A stretch of 64,000 nucleotides of DNA from a virus (Duplodnaviria; Caudoviricetes). The notes beneath the pieces are model-generated. The model made no database searches and had not been told where the DNA came from. It saw only the letters and a program-made list of their open reading frames with translations. Below are positions 28,602 through 36,601 of this stretch, piece after piece. The stretch is taken from the IMG/VR virus record IMGVR_UViG_3300028591_000098, positions 64,001 to 128,000 of that record; one strand, written 5' to 3'. The position numbers were made by a program, and so were the translations under genes. Numbering within the stretch: position 1 is the stretch's first letter; each line of letters begins with the position of its first letter.

Positions 28602-29051
28602 CTAATCATAATATTTTTGAATATATTGAAATACATCAGGAATACATTTAGTTTGCTTTTCTTTAATAGTTTCTTCATTAAACCATTTATATCTTGAATG
28701 TTCTCTCGATATTTTTACTTCTGGTTTTGTTTCTAAATTAACTATGAAATATTGTGTGTCTGAACCATTATCATGTACTTCTTTTCCAAAAGACTTCATA
28801 GAATGTTCTTCATTAAATGATAGTGTTATTCCAGTTTCTTCTTTAATTTCTCTAATTAAAGCATCTTTAGGCGATTTATCTTTTTCATCAATAGCACCAC
28901 CAACAAACCCCCATTTTCCACCAAATAGTTTAACATATCCAGCTCTTTGTAATAAAAGAATTTCATCAGTATCTTTACAAACTAAAATACCATCTACATA
29001 ATGTTTTATTTCTTCTTTGTTTTCCTTTATATATTTTAAAATAGATTTCAT
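28602..29051 (-). CDS. NUDIX hydrolase with leader MKSILKYIKE
   Basis: GG.IDE......ALIREIKEETG Nudix box; ILLLQR; EH..Y.W. Confidence 0.9.
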   Translation of the reverse strand: MKSILKYIKENKEEIKHYVDGILVCKDTDEILLLQRAGYVKLFGGKWGFVGGAIDEKDKSPKDALIREIKEETGITLSFNEEHSMKSFGKEVHDNGSDTQYFIVNLETKPEVKISREHSRYKWFNEETIKEKQTKCIPDVFQYIQKYYD

Positions 29052-29052
29052 A

Positions 29053-29610
29053 TTATATAAATTTTATTTTATATTTATACCATTTAGGTGGATTTTTTTG
29101 TAAAGGACAATTATAAAACATATTATTTATATTTTCAACATTAGATACATCCCATTTACTTAAATCTGAATTAAATTTCTCACACCCAGAAAACATATAA
29201 TACATATCTGTAACTTTGGATACGTCCCATTCATTTAAATCTGAATTGAAATTATAACAACATTCAAACATACATCTCATATTTGTAACATTAGATACAT
29301 CCCATTTTGATAAATCTGAATTAAAATCATAACAATTATAAAACATACATTTCATATTTTCAACATTCGATACGTCCCATTGTGATATATTTATATTATG
29401 AGGATTTAAATTATTAAATAAATATGCCATTTCTGTTATATTAGATGTATCAATATCATTTAGATTTGCATTTTTACCACGTTCTTTTAATAATTGTTTT
29501 AATAATACTCTAAGTTCATCCCAATTTTTCGGGTGATATTTATATCCACCAACTTTAGTTTTACTACCAATTTTAAGACCTTCTTTTATATAATTACTTA
29601 AAAACTTCAT
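29053..29610 (-). CDS. DUF285 repeat protein with leader, paralog 5
   Basis: Same architecture. Confidence 0.85.
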   Translation of the reverse strand: MKFLSNYIKEGLKIGSKTKVGGYKYHPKNWDELRVLLKQLLKERGKNANLNDIDTSNITEMAYLFNNLNPHNINISQWDVSNVENMKCMFYNCYDFNSDLSKWDVSNVTNMRCMFECCYNFNSDLNEWDVSKVTDMYYMFSGCEKFNSDLSKWDVSNVENINNMFYNCPLQKNPPKWYKYKIKFI

Positions 29611-30082
29611 TGTATTCTTCTTTTAAATATTGTTTTATTTGATTAAATCTTTTTAATAAATATTTATCACTTACTGATAATCGAGATGTTGGTAATTTAG
29701 ATATTTTTTTTGTTTTTTCTTCATAATATTTATAATAAAAAATTAAAAACTCTTTTGTTTCTTTATCAAAATATTCTTTAAGTTTATCATATTTTTCTGG
29801 AAGATTTAATCTAATAAAATCTATAACATCTTTATTATCAAATTCCTTTTTATTTTTTCTATTTTCTCTTAATAATTCAGAAATTTGAAGTTCTATTTCA
29901 TGTATTTTATTAGATTCTATTCCATATTTTCTTGCATAGTGTTGTTTTTCCTTTTTTTCTATTGCATAAGAAACATTATTATAATCATCCCTCATTTCTT
30001 CTTCAGAATAATTAAAATTATTTACCTTTGTATTACTTCCTATTTTAATACCTTCCTTTATATAATTAACTATGTATTTCAT
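29594..30082 (-). CDS. helical protein carrying the extended leader MKYIVNYIKEGIKIGSNTKV
   Basis: First 20 aa resemble 29053..29610; the rest is unrelated. Confidence 0.7.
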   Translation of the reverse strand: MKYIVNYIKEGIKIGSNTKVNNFNYSEEEMRDDYNNVSYAIEKKEKQHYARKYGIESNKIHEIELQISELLRENRKNKKEFDNKDVIDFIRLNLPEKYDKLKEYFDKETKEFLIFYYKYYEEKTKKISKLPTSRLSVSDKYLLKRFNQIKQYLKEEYNEVFK

Positions 30083-30091
30083 AAAAATAAA

Positions 30092-30712
30092 TTAAAAATT
30101 TTTATACCAATTTAGTTCATTACCTTCTAGTGGTGAATCCATAAACATATGATTTATATTACATAATTTACTAACTTTCCATTTTGATAAATCATTATTA
30201 AATATAATACTTCCTCTAAACATATACTCCATATTTTTAACATTAGATACATCCCAATTAGACAAATCTGAATTAAATTTCTCACACCCGTAAAACATAC
30301 AATACATATCTGTAACGTTAGATACATCCCAATTAGACAAATCAGAATTAAAATTATAACAACATTTAAATATACTTTTCATATCTGTAACTTTAGATAC
30401 ATTCCATTTACTTAAATCTGAATTAAAATCAAAACAATTATAAAACATATATTTCATATTTTTTACATTAGATACATTCCATTTAGATATATCTATATTA
30501 TGAGGATTCAAATTATTAAATAGAAGATCCATATCAGTTATTTTAGATGTATCAATATCGTTTAAATCTGCATCTTTACCACGTTCCTTTAATAATTGTT
30601 TTAATATTTTTCTAAGTTCATCGTTATCTTTTGGATAATAATTATATACTCTAACTTTTGTTTTACCGCCAATTTGAAGTTTTTCTTGTATTATATCTTG
30701 TAAATTTTTCAT
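30092..30712 (-). CDS. DUF285 repeat protein with leader, paralog 6
   Basis: Same architecture. Confidence 0.85.
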   Translation of the reverse strand: MKNLQDIIQEKLQIGGKTKVRVYNYYPKDNDELRKILKQLLKERGKDADLNDIDTSKITDMDLLFNNLNPHNIDISKWNVSNVKNMKYMFYNCFDFNSDLSKWNVSKVTDMKSIFKCCYNFNSDLSNWDVSNVTDMYCMFYGCEKFNSDLSNWDVSNVKNMEYMFRGSIIFNNDLSKWKVSKLCNINHMFMDSPLEGNELNWYKNF

Positions 30713-30714
30713 AT

Positions 30715-31410
30715 TTAATTTCCCTTATACCATTTTGGTGGATTTTTTTCTAATGGAGTATCATAAAACATATAGTCCATATCTCTAACTTTAGAAACGT
30801 TCCATTTATTAAGATCAGAATTAAAAATATGACAATATTCAAATACACCTTTCATATTTGTTACGTTAGATACATTCCATTTACTTAAATCTGAATTAAA
30901 GTTTTCACAATCTCTAAACATCCATGACATATCTGTAACTTTAGAAACGTTCCATTCATTAAGATCTGAATTAAAATTATGACAACTTTCAAATGTGCCT
31001 TTCATATTTGTTACGTTAGATACATCCCATGCACTTAAATCTGAATTAAATTGTTTACATTGAAAAAACGTACCAAACATATTTTTAGTATTAGACACAT
31101 CCCATTTTGATAAATCACAATTAAAATGTATACAATTAAAAAACATACCTTCCATTGTATTAACGTTAGACACATCCCATTGTGATATATCAATATTATG
31201 AGGATCTAAATATGCAAATAATCTTGACATATCAGTTATTTCAGACGTATCAATATCATTTAGATCTGCATCTTTACCACGTTCATTTAATAATTGTTTT
31301 AATAATTTTTTAAGTTTATCTTTATCTTTTGGATGATATTTATATGAACTAACTTTTGTTTTACCACCAATTTGAAGTTTCTCCAGTATTATGTCTTGTA
31401 AGTTTTTCAT
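30715..31410 (-). CDS. DUF285 repeat protein with leader, paralog 7
   Basis: Same architecture. Confidence 0.85.
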   Translation of the reverse strand: MKNLQDIILEKLQIGGKTKVSSYKYHPKDKDKLKKLLKQLLNERGKDADLNDIDTSEITDMSRLFAYLDPHNIDISQWDVSNVNTMEGMFFNCIHFNCDLSKWDVSNTKNMFGTFFQCKQFNSDLSAWDVSNVTNMKGTFESCHNFNSDLNEWNVSKVTDMSWMFRDCENFNSDLSKWNVSNVTNMKGVFEYCHIFNSDLNKWNVSKVRDMDYMFYDTPLEKNPPKWYKGN

Positions 31411-31413
31411 ATT

Positions 31414-31794
31414 TTACCAACCACATTTATCTGAATTAGCATAATCCCATTCAATTCTATAATCTTCTTCTTCCTTAGTTAAATTTAATTCACCTTCGTT
31501 TTCTACACCTTTAATTACACATGCAGTAACAAATTTAGTTAAACGTTTTCTATCTTCTCCAGTTAAATGTCCATTAACTTTACGAAGAATTATTTGACAT
31601 AATTTTGATATTACTGATGAATTTTCTAATTTTTCAATTTCAAATTCACCTTTTTTATATTTTTTAACTAAATTATCTATTAATGGTTTAAAATAATGTT
31701 TATATATATCTGAATTATTATCCAATTCCATACAAGCATCAAATATTATTTTATTTGCATTAGATTCCGTAATATATTCTTTAATGTTCTTCAT
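31414..31794 (-). CDS. putative internal virion protein with leader MKNIKEYITE
   Basis: Shared leader. Confidence 0.65.
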   Translation of the reverse strand: MKNIKEYITESNANKIIFDACMELDNNSDIYKHYFKPLIDNLVKKYKKGEFEIEKLENSSVISKLCQIILRKVNGHLTGEDRKRLTKFVTACVIKGVENEGELNLTKEEEDYRIEWDYANSDKCGW

Positions 31795-31807
31795 ATTTTT
31801 ATTAAAT

Positions 31808-32107
31808 TTATTTTTTTATTCTAACATATAAATTAATACCACCATCGGCATCATATATTTCTCCAATTTTTAATGCTTTAACAGCCTTTTCTCCAGTATC
31901 ATCACCTTCAAAATCTTTAGTCCATTGTTTTAAATCATCTTCAGTATAAGGTGTAATTATTTGACTATCAGTATTAATATATAACCATTTTACATCTTTA
32001 TTTTCAAGGCCAGATAATTTAATACCGGAATGACTTGGATCACTAACACTTGAAAGATATTCCCAAGCATTGGAACTTTCATTTATATAATTTTTAATGT
32101 TTTTCAT
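31808..32107 (-). CDS. putative internal virion protein with leader MKNIKNYINE
   Basis: Shared leader. Confidence 0.65.
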   Translation of the reverse strand: MKNIKNYINESSNAWEYLSSVSDPSHSGIKLSGLENKDVKWLYINTDSQIITPYTEDDLKQWTKDFEGDDTGEKAVKALKIGEIYDADGGINLYVRIKK

Positions 32108-32112
32108 AATTA

Positions 32113-32931
32113 TTAAATATTATTATTTTTTATTTTATTTACTTTAATTTGTTCTCTTACTTTATCAATATTAAATGTAAAAGTAATTACAAATGCATAA
32201 AGGTCATCAATATTATCAATAGAAACATCTAATACTTGCGTCCATTTAACATCAGCTCTTGATTCTAATTTACCAAGTATCTTAGCTATTTCTTCCAAAG
32301 ATGTTTTAATATTACCTTCTTTACCATTTGAACCTGTATGCTTAACTGCATAAACTTGTACTTCACCATTTATTTTTGTTTCAACCACAGGACATTTAAA
32401 ATCAAATGTACTTACAATATCATTAACCGCTTTATAGATCTTCTTATTTTGATAAGTTGCAACATCATAAAGTTGTTCTACAGATTCAGGGTCTGCTTCT
32501 TTTGTTGGCATATCACCATTTTGTCGTGCTACAACAGAAAATCCATAATTTTTATTACCAAAATAAAGAGGTTCTATATTTCCTTTTTTAATATCTGGTA
32601 TATGTAAAAATCTGGCAAATTGATTATGAATAGCCATAAGATCATTTACTTCTGGTGAACAATCTAATATGCTAATTATCTCTTGTTCTGAATTGAATTT
32701 ACCAAATTGATTAACTGGTGTTACTGGTATACCTCCAGTTAAAGTCGCATCACAAGTTTTATCACAAACTGTATTGGCACATGGGCAACATTCATCACCA
32801 CAACAACATCCACAATCACAACATTCATTTATTTCATAATTTTCAAGATTTTTAATCTTATCTTTAAGTGATTCATCTATACCTTCTAAAGAGATATAAC
32901 GATTATTTACGTAAGCTTCTAACTTTTTCAT
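32113..32931 (-). CDS. hypothetical protein with a Cys-rich segment
   Basis: CCDCGCCCGDECCPC...C...C segment. Confidence 0.7.
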   Translation of the reverse strand: MKKLEAYVNNRYISLEGIDESLKDKIKNLENYEINECCDCGCCCGDECCPCANTVCDKTCDATLTGGIPVTPVNQFGKFNSEQEIISILDCSPEVNDLMAIHNQFARFLHIPDIKKGNIEPLYFGNKNYGFSVVARQNGDMPTKEADPESVEQLYDVATYQNKKIYKAVNDIVSTFDFKCPVVETKINGEVQVYAVKHTGSNGKEGNIKTSLEEIAKILGKLESRADVKWTQVLDVSIDNIDDLYAFVITFTFNIDKVREQIKVNKIKNNNI

Positions 32932-32934
32932 AAC

Positions 32935-33210
32935 TTAAAATATACTTGGTATTTTTGATAAATCTGCGTTTGAAAAGTCAAGATGCCATTTGTCGATTGG
33001 ATCCTTTTTATGTTTTTCACAATATTCTAAAATTTTTTCAAATCCAACATTCATGATTTCCCAACCATCTTCATCAATTTCGGTTACATCAGATTGGTCT
33101 TTACCATTACCTTTCCAAATAAGAATTTCACGAACTCCATTTTCTTTATAATCCCAAAGACACCATTCACCTCCTGGTTTTGATTCTGTAATTTGTTTTA
33201 ATGTTTTCAT
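32935..33210 (-). CDS. putative internal virion protein with leader MKTLKQITE
   Basis: Shared leader. Confidence 0.65.
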   Translation of the reverse strand: MKTLKQITESKPGGEWCLWDYKENGVREILIWKGNGKDQSDVTEIDEDGWEIMNVGFEKILEYCEKHKKDPIDKWHLDFSNADLSKIPSIF

Positions 33211-33239
33211 TTTATATAATATAAATATTTTTTTATTTA

Positions 33240-33443
33240 TTAATATTCAACATGTCCACCTTCTGCATGAATAAATGCATCACCTTCTTGATTATTAAGC
33301 CAATCTTCAAATTCTTTAATATCATCTGAATTCACATAAATATCAACAGAAATCGGTAATTCGCCATTATTTTTACAATCTGCTAATGATACTCTATACT
33401 TACTTTGTTTATTTTCATTAATTATTTCACTAATTGTTTTCAT
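33240..33443 (-). CDS. putative internal virion protein with leader MKTISEIINE
   Basis: Shared leader. Confidence 0.65.
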   Translation of the reverse strand: MKTISEIINENKQSKYRVSLADCKNNGELPISVDIYVNSDDIKEFEDWLNNQEGDAFIHAEGGHVEY

Positions 33444-33447
33444 ATGT

Positions 33448-33939
33448 TTATTTATAAATATTTTTTATTTCTTTAATAATATCTTTTGTTTTTGTACTAT
33501 TAACTAATGGTACTAAATATTTTTCACAAGTTAAACGAACATTATCATATCTCCAAAATTTATCTGTACAAAAAACCAATAATTTACCAGATTCGGCATA
33601 TAAACCTAATTCAAGTAAACTTATTGGTGATTGTGATTTATCTGAAAATACCATAATTATTAAATCGGATTCATCTAAATGATCTTGTTCCCATTTAATT
33701 TGTTCCTCCATTAAATCTTTTGAAGGATTTTTAACCCAGTTTTTACGTCTTGGATTATATACTTCAAAATATGTATTACATTCAATTTCTATTTGTTCTA
33801 ATTCATTAATTAACTCTTGTTGCCAATCTTTAGAATTACCATTATCTATTGTTCCTGCTAAAAATATTTTACTTACCTTTGGATTTCCTAAAGATATTTG
33901 TAAAGCAGTTAATTCTTCGTCTGGATATATTATCTTCAT
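33448..33939 (-). CDS. nucleoside 2-deoxyribosyltransferase-like protein
   Basis: IFLAGTID.G...WQ, YNPRR, QIKWE, SPISLLELG, FWR..NV motifs. Confidence 0.8.
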   Translation of the reverse strand: MKIIYPDEELTALQISLGNPKVSKIFLAGTIDNGNSKDWQQELINELEQIEIECNTYFEVYNPRRKNWVKNPSKDLMEEQIKWEQDHLDESDLIIMVFSDKSQSPISLLELGLYAESGKLLVFCTDKFWRYDNVRLTCEKYLVPLVNSTKTKDIIKEIKNIYK

Positions 33940-33941
33940 AA

Positions 33942-34562
33942 TTATGCTTTATATAATAAATTTGATTTAAATACTTCTTTTCTATTAACATCTAATATTC
34001 TTGTAATTTGAATTGGTGCATCTAAATCTAATGTCAATTCATATTCATCTGGATCAATAATATTAGCGGCTATTGTTTCTCCCCAATTCACATCTTTAGG
34101 ATCAACTAATGCACAAATAGTTATATTGTTTCTCGAACTAGTTACGGCACCATGAGAATCCCCCATACCTTCCATAAATGTCCAATAAGTACCAATATTA
34201 CCTTTATAATCAGAAAATCCTGAGTTTAAAGAAATAACCCTTTCAATTTTTATTAAACCTCTTTCTAATTCTAATGTTAATTGATCGTCAACTATATCTT
34301 TAATATAATCTATAAAATTATCTTTATCATCTTCAACACAATCTAATTCATGTTCTTCACAATAATCTTCACCATATACAGTATTATTGATATTTAAAGA
34401 AAATTTAGAATTATCAAAAGGATCACATTCATTAAAATAATCATAGTAAGATTTATGATTAGTTTTTAATTCACCTTCTTTAGAATTATCTTTAATAAAT
34501 TCAATAAACTTTTCTAAATGTTCATTTGATGACTCTAAAATATAATCAGTAATTGATTTCAT
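33942..34562 (-). CDS. putative internal virion protein with leader MKSITDYILE
   Basis: Shared leader; acidic. Confidence 0.65.
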   Translation of the reverse strand: MKSITDYILESSNEHLEKFIEFIKDNSKEGELKTNHKSYYDYFNECDPFDNSKFSLNINNTVYGEDYCEEHELDCVEDDKDNFIDYIKDIVDDQLTLELERGLIKIERVISLNSGFSDYKGNIGTYWTFMEGMGDSHGAVTSSRNNITICALVDPKDVNWGETIAANIIDPDEYELTLDLDAPIQITRILDVNRKEVFKSNLLYKA

Positions 34563-34569
34563 ATATTAT

Positions 34570-35256
34570 TTAAAATTTTTTATTTAATCCAGTATATAAA
34601 TTAATCATATATACAAAACTATCTACTTGTTCTTTTGTACATAAACTTAATTCATAATGACCTGTTTCTCCTATTGTTTTATATTTTCCATGCCATAATA
34701 ATTCACCAAATTTATAAATATCAAAATTGGATTTTTCACAACAATCAATAAAAAAACTAGTTTTTACTACAAATATATTAGTATCAATAGTTTTACAAAT
34801 ATTATCATTATATTCTTTATAATATGTTAATCTATTATCATTTTCATCTAATATATATTTTGATATGTCTTTTTTATATGTAATAAAACACATAAAATCA
34901 TAATTATCATTTATATTAGATATACATCTATAAAAAGTGTCTTTAGAAAATTGAGATAGTTCTAAATTAATAAACCAATCATATTGTTCTTTACAATTAT
35001 TTAAATATTCATATATTGCACAAAATTCATTTTCTTTAGATATAACATCTAAAGTTTTGCATTTATATGAATTTTCAATATTTGATGAAAGTATTATTTG
35101 TTCATTTTCATCTCCTGTATATATATAAGTACAATTTCTATAAATACTATATACTTTTAAATATTCATCAAATACATTAATAAATAATTTGTTTTTATAT
35201 ATATTTAATTCTGTATTATTTGTTAATACTATAAAAATAGGTATTGTGACATTCAT
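34570..35256 (-). CDS. hypothetical protein, possibly a degenerate sugar nucleotidyltransferase fold
   Basis: ORF track; only a weak overall pattern. Confidence 0.4.
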   Translation of the reverse strand: MNVTIPIFIVLTNNTELNIYKNKLFINVFDEYLKVYSIYRNCTYIYTGDENEQIILSSNIENSYKCKTLDVISKENEFCAIYEYLNNCKEQYDWFINLELSQFSKDTFYRCISNINDNYDFMCFITYKKDISKYILDENDNRLTYYKEYNDNICKTIDTNIFVVKTSFFIDCCEKSNFDIYKFGELLWHGKYKTIGETGHYELSLCTKEQVDSFVYMINLYTGLNKKF

Positions 35257-35262
35257 ATTATA

Positions 35263-35727
35263 TTATTTAAAAAATTTTTCAGTAACTATTATAAATTTTG
35301 CGTTATGTTCATGTGCAAATTTCTCAGCATATTTCCATTTATCGGTATTTCTAACCCATTGTTCTTTTAACCAAGCAGAATCTTGCATTGCAGGTTTGAC
35401 TGTTTGATTTTCTGGTTTTACTTCAACAATAATATGAGTACCTTGTTCAGTTTCTAATACATAATCTGGATAATAATTACATTCTTTATTATCTAATCTA
35501 CTAAAATATTTTATTGCAATAGGTTCACTTGCCCATTTTTTTATTTTTGGATTATTTTCACAAAATTGTATAAATTGATATTCTAAACCTGAACGATAAA
35601 TAACTGGTTCATTTTTACATGAAGTAAAATATTTAGTTAAAAATCTTTGAGGAACTGTACCTTGATGATACTTAGAATCTCTTTTAGGTTTTAAATTTTT
35701 TATATTATTTGAAAATTTCTTTACCAT
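35263..35727 (-). CDS. head completion nuclease (T4 gp4-like, TnsA-type)
   Basis: YRSGLE..F...C..N..I..WASEP..I.Y, YYPD, VEVKP, N..KW..A, F.I.TE. Confidence 0.88.
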   Translation of the reverse strand: MVKKFSNNIKNLKPKRDSKYHQGTVPQRFLTKYFTSCKNEPVIYRSGLEYQFIQFCENNPKIKKWASEPIAIKYFSRLDNKECNYYPDYVLETEQGTHIIVEVKPENQTVKPAMQDSAWLKEQWVRNTDKWKYAEKFAHEHNAKFIIVTEKFFK

Positions 35728-35729
35728 AG

Positions 35730-35778
35730 TTGAAATATATGCCTCTTTTTTCTATATTTAAAAATAAAATTATTTTTA
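35730..35778. promoter_or_regulatory. divergent control region
   Basis: + strand TTGAAA-17 nt-TATATT (35730-35758); TTATTTTTA on - (35759-35767) and on + (35770-35778). Confidence 0.5.
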
Positions 35779-35783
35779 ATTAT

Positions 35784-35920
35784 ATTATAGGAAGCGTCCT
35801 ATAATTTAGCAACTAGATTTTCAAGAGTCAAATGAGTGACATTTGCATACAGAAGTTATGTAAAGTTTTGGCTAAGTCGAGTTTAAATATGTGACAGATA
35901 TTTATAACAAGGCGATAAAC
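35784..35920 (+). ncRNA. candidate structured leader RNA upstream of the lysin-like gene
   Basis: Unusually long, GC-elevated gap containing several inverted repeats. Confidence 0.35.
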
Positions 35921-35938
35921 TAAAAAATAAGTAATAAT

Positions 35939-36580
35939 ATGGAACAAACTAAATTCAAAAGATTCAAGAGAATCATTAAAAACCAATTGACAATAACTGT
36001 TATAATACTAATATTATGTTTATGCAGTTTAATGTTTGTAAATTGTAATAATGCAACAGCAAAACAATTACCAAAAACAACAAAAATAGAAACTGTACAA
36101 CAACAAAGGATTGATACTGCATCTATTAAAGATAGTTTACAAAATCAATTAATTAGTGAAGTATCAAAGTATGTAATGAGTCAAGCACCTAAGTCTCATA
36201 AATTCATACCTAAATATTTAGTAAAAGCAGGTTTGTCAAATAATATTGATATATGTTTTATGATGGCTCAAACACAAATTGAAACTTGTTATGGAACCAC
36301 TGGTGCAGGTCGTGAATCATCAAGACGTTCAATGTTTGGAATTATAAAGAGACATTATCCAACATATGAGGAAGCAATTAATCATTATTGCTCAGTATTA
36401 AAAAAATATTATTTAGTTAAAGGACGTACAGAACAACATTTATTGACTAAATATGTAACTGGTAGTGGTGGTAGATATGCAGGAAATCCTCATTATGAAA
36501 TGGAATTAAAATTAGCATATAACAATATTAAAAAGAGAACTAATATTCATTCATTACAAGAAGAATATAAGAAACTCTAA
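35939..36580 (+). CDS. membrane-anchored peptidoglycan hydrolase (glucosaminidase/lysozyme-like); candidate endolysin
   Basis: N-terminal hydrophobic helix; MAQTQIETCYGT.G, MFG and YA.NP.Y motifs. Confidence 0.7.
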   Translation: MEQTKFKRFKRIIKNQLTITVIILILCLCSLMFVNCNNATAKQLPKTTKIETVQQQRIDTASIKDSLQNQLISEVSKYVMSQAPKSHKFIPKYLVKAGLSNNIDICFMMAQTQIETCYGTTGAGRESSRRSMFGIIKRHYPTYEEAINHYCSVLKKYYLVKGRTEQHLLTKYVTGSGGRYAGNPHYEMELKLAYNNIKKRTNIHSLQEEYKKL

Positions 36581-36601
36581 TAAATATATTTAATAAGAAC
36601 A

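Noticed and set aside
22305-31410. CRISPR array suggested by recurring TTAGATACATCCCA-type repeats
   Set aside because: These are the in-frame 75-bp coding periodicity of DUF285 repeats, with degenerate copies and homologous intervening sequence.
35263-35727. Tn7-like transposon, from the TnsA-like nuclease
   Set aside because: The motifs fit the T4 gp4 head-completion family; no TnsB/TnsC genes or transposon ends were seen.
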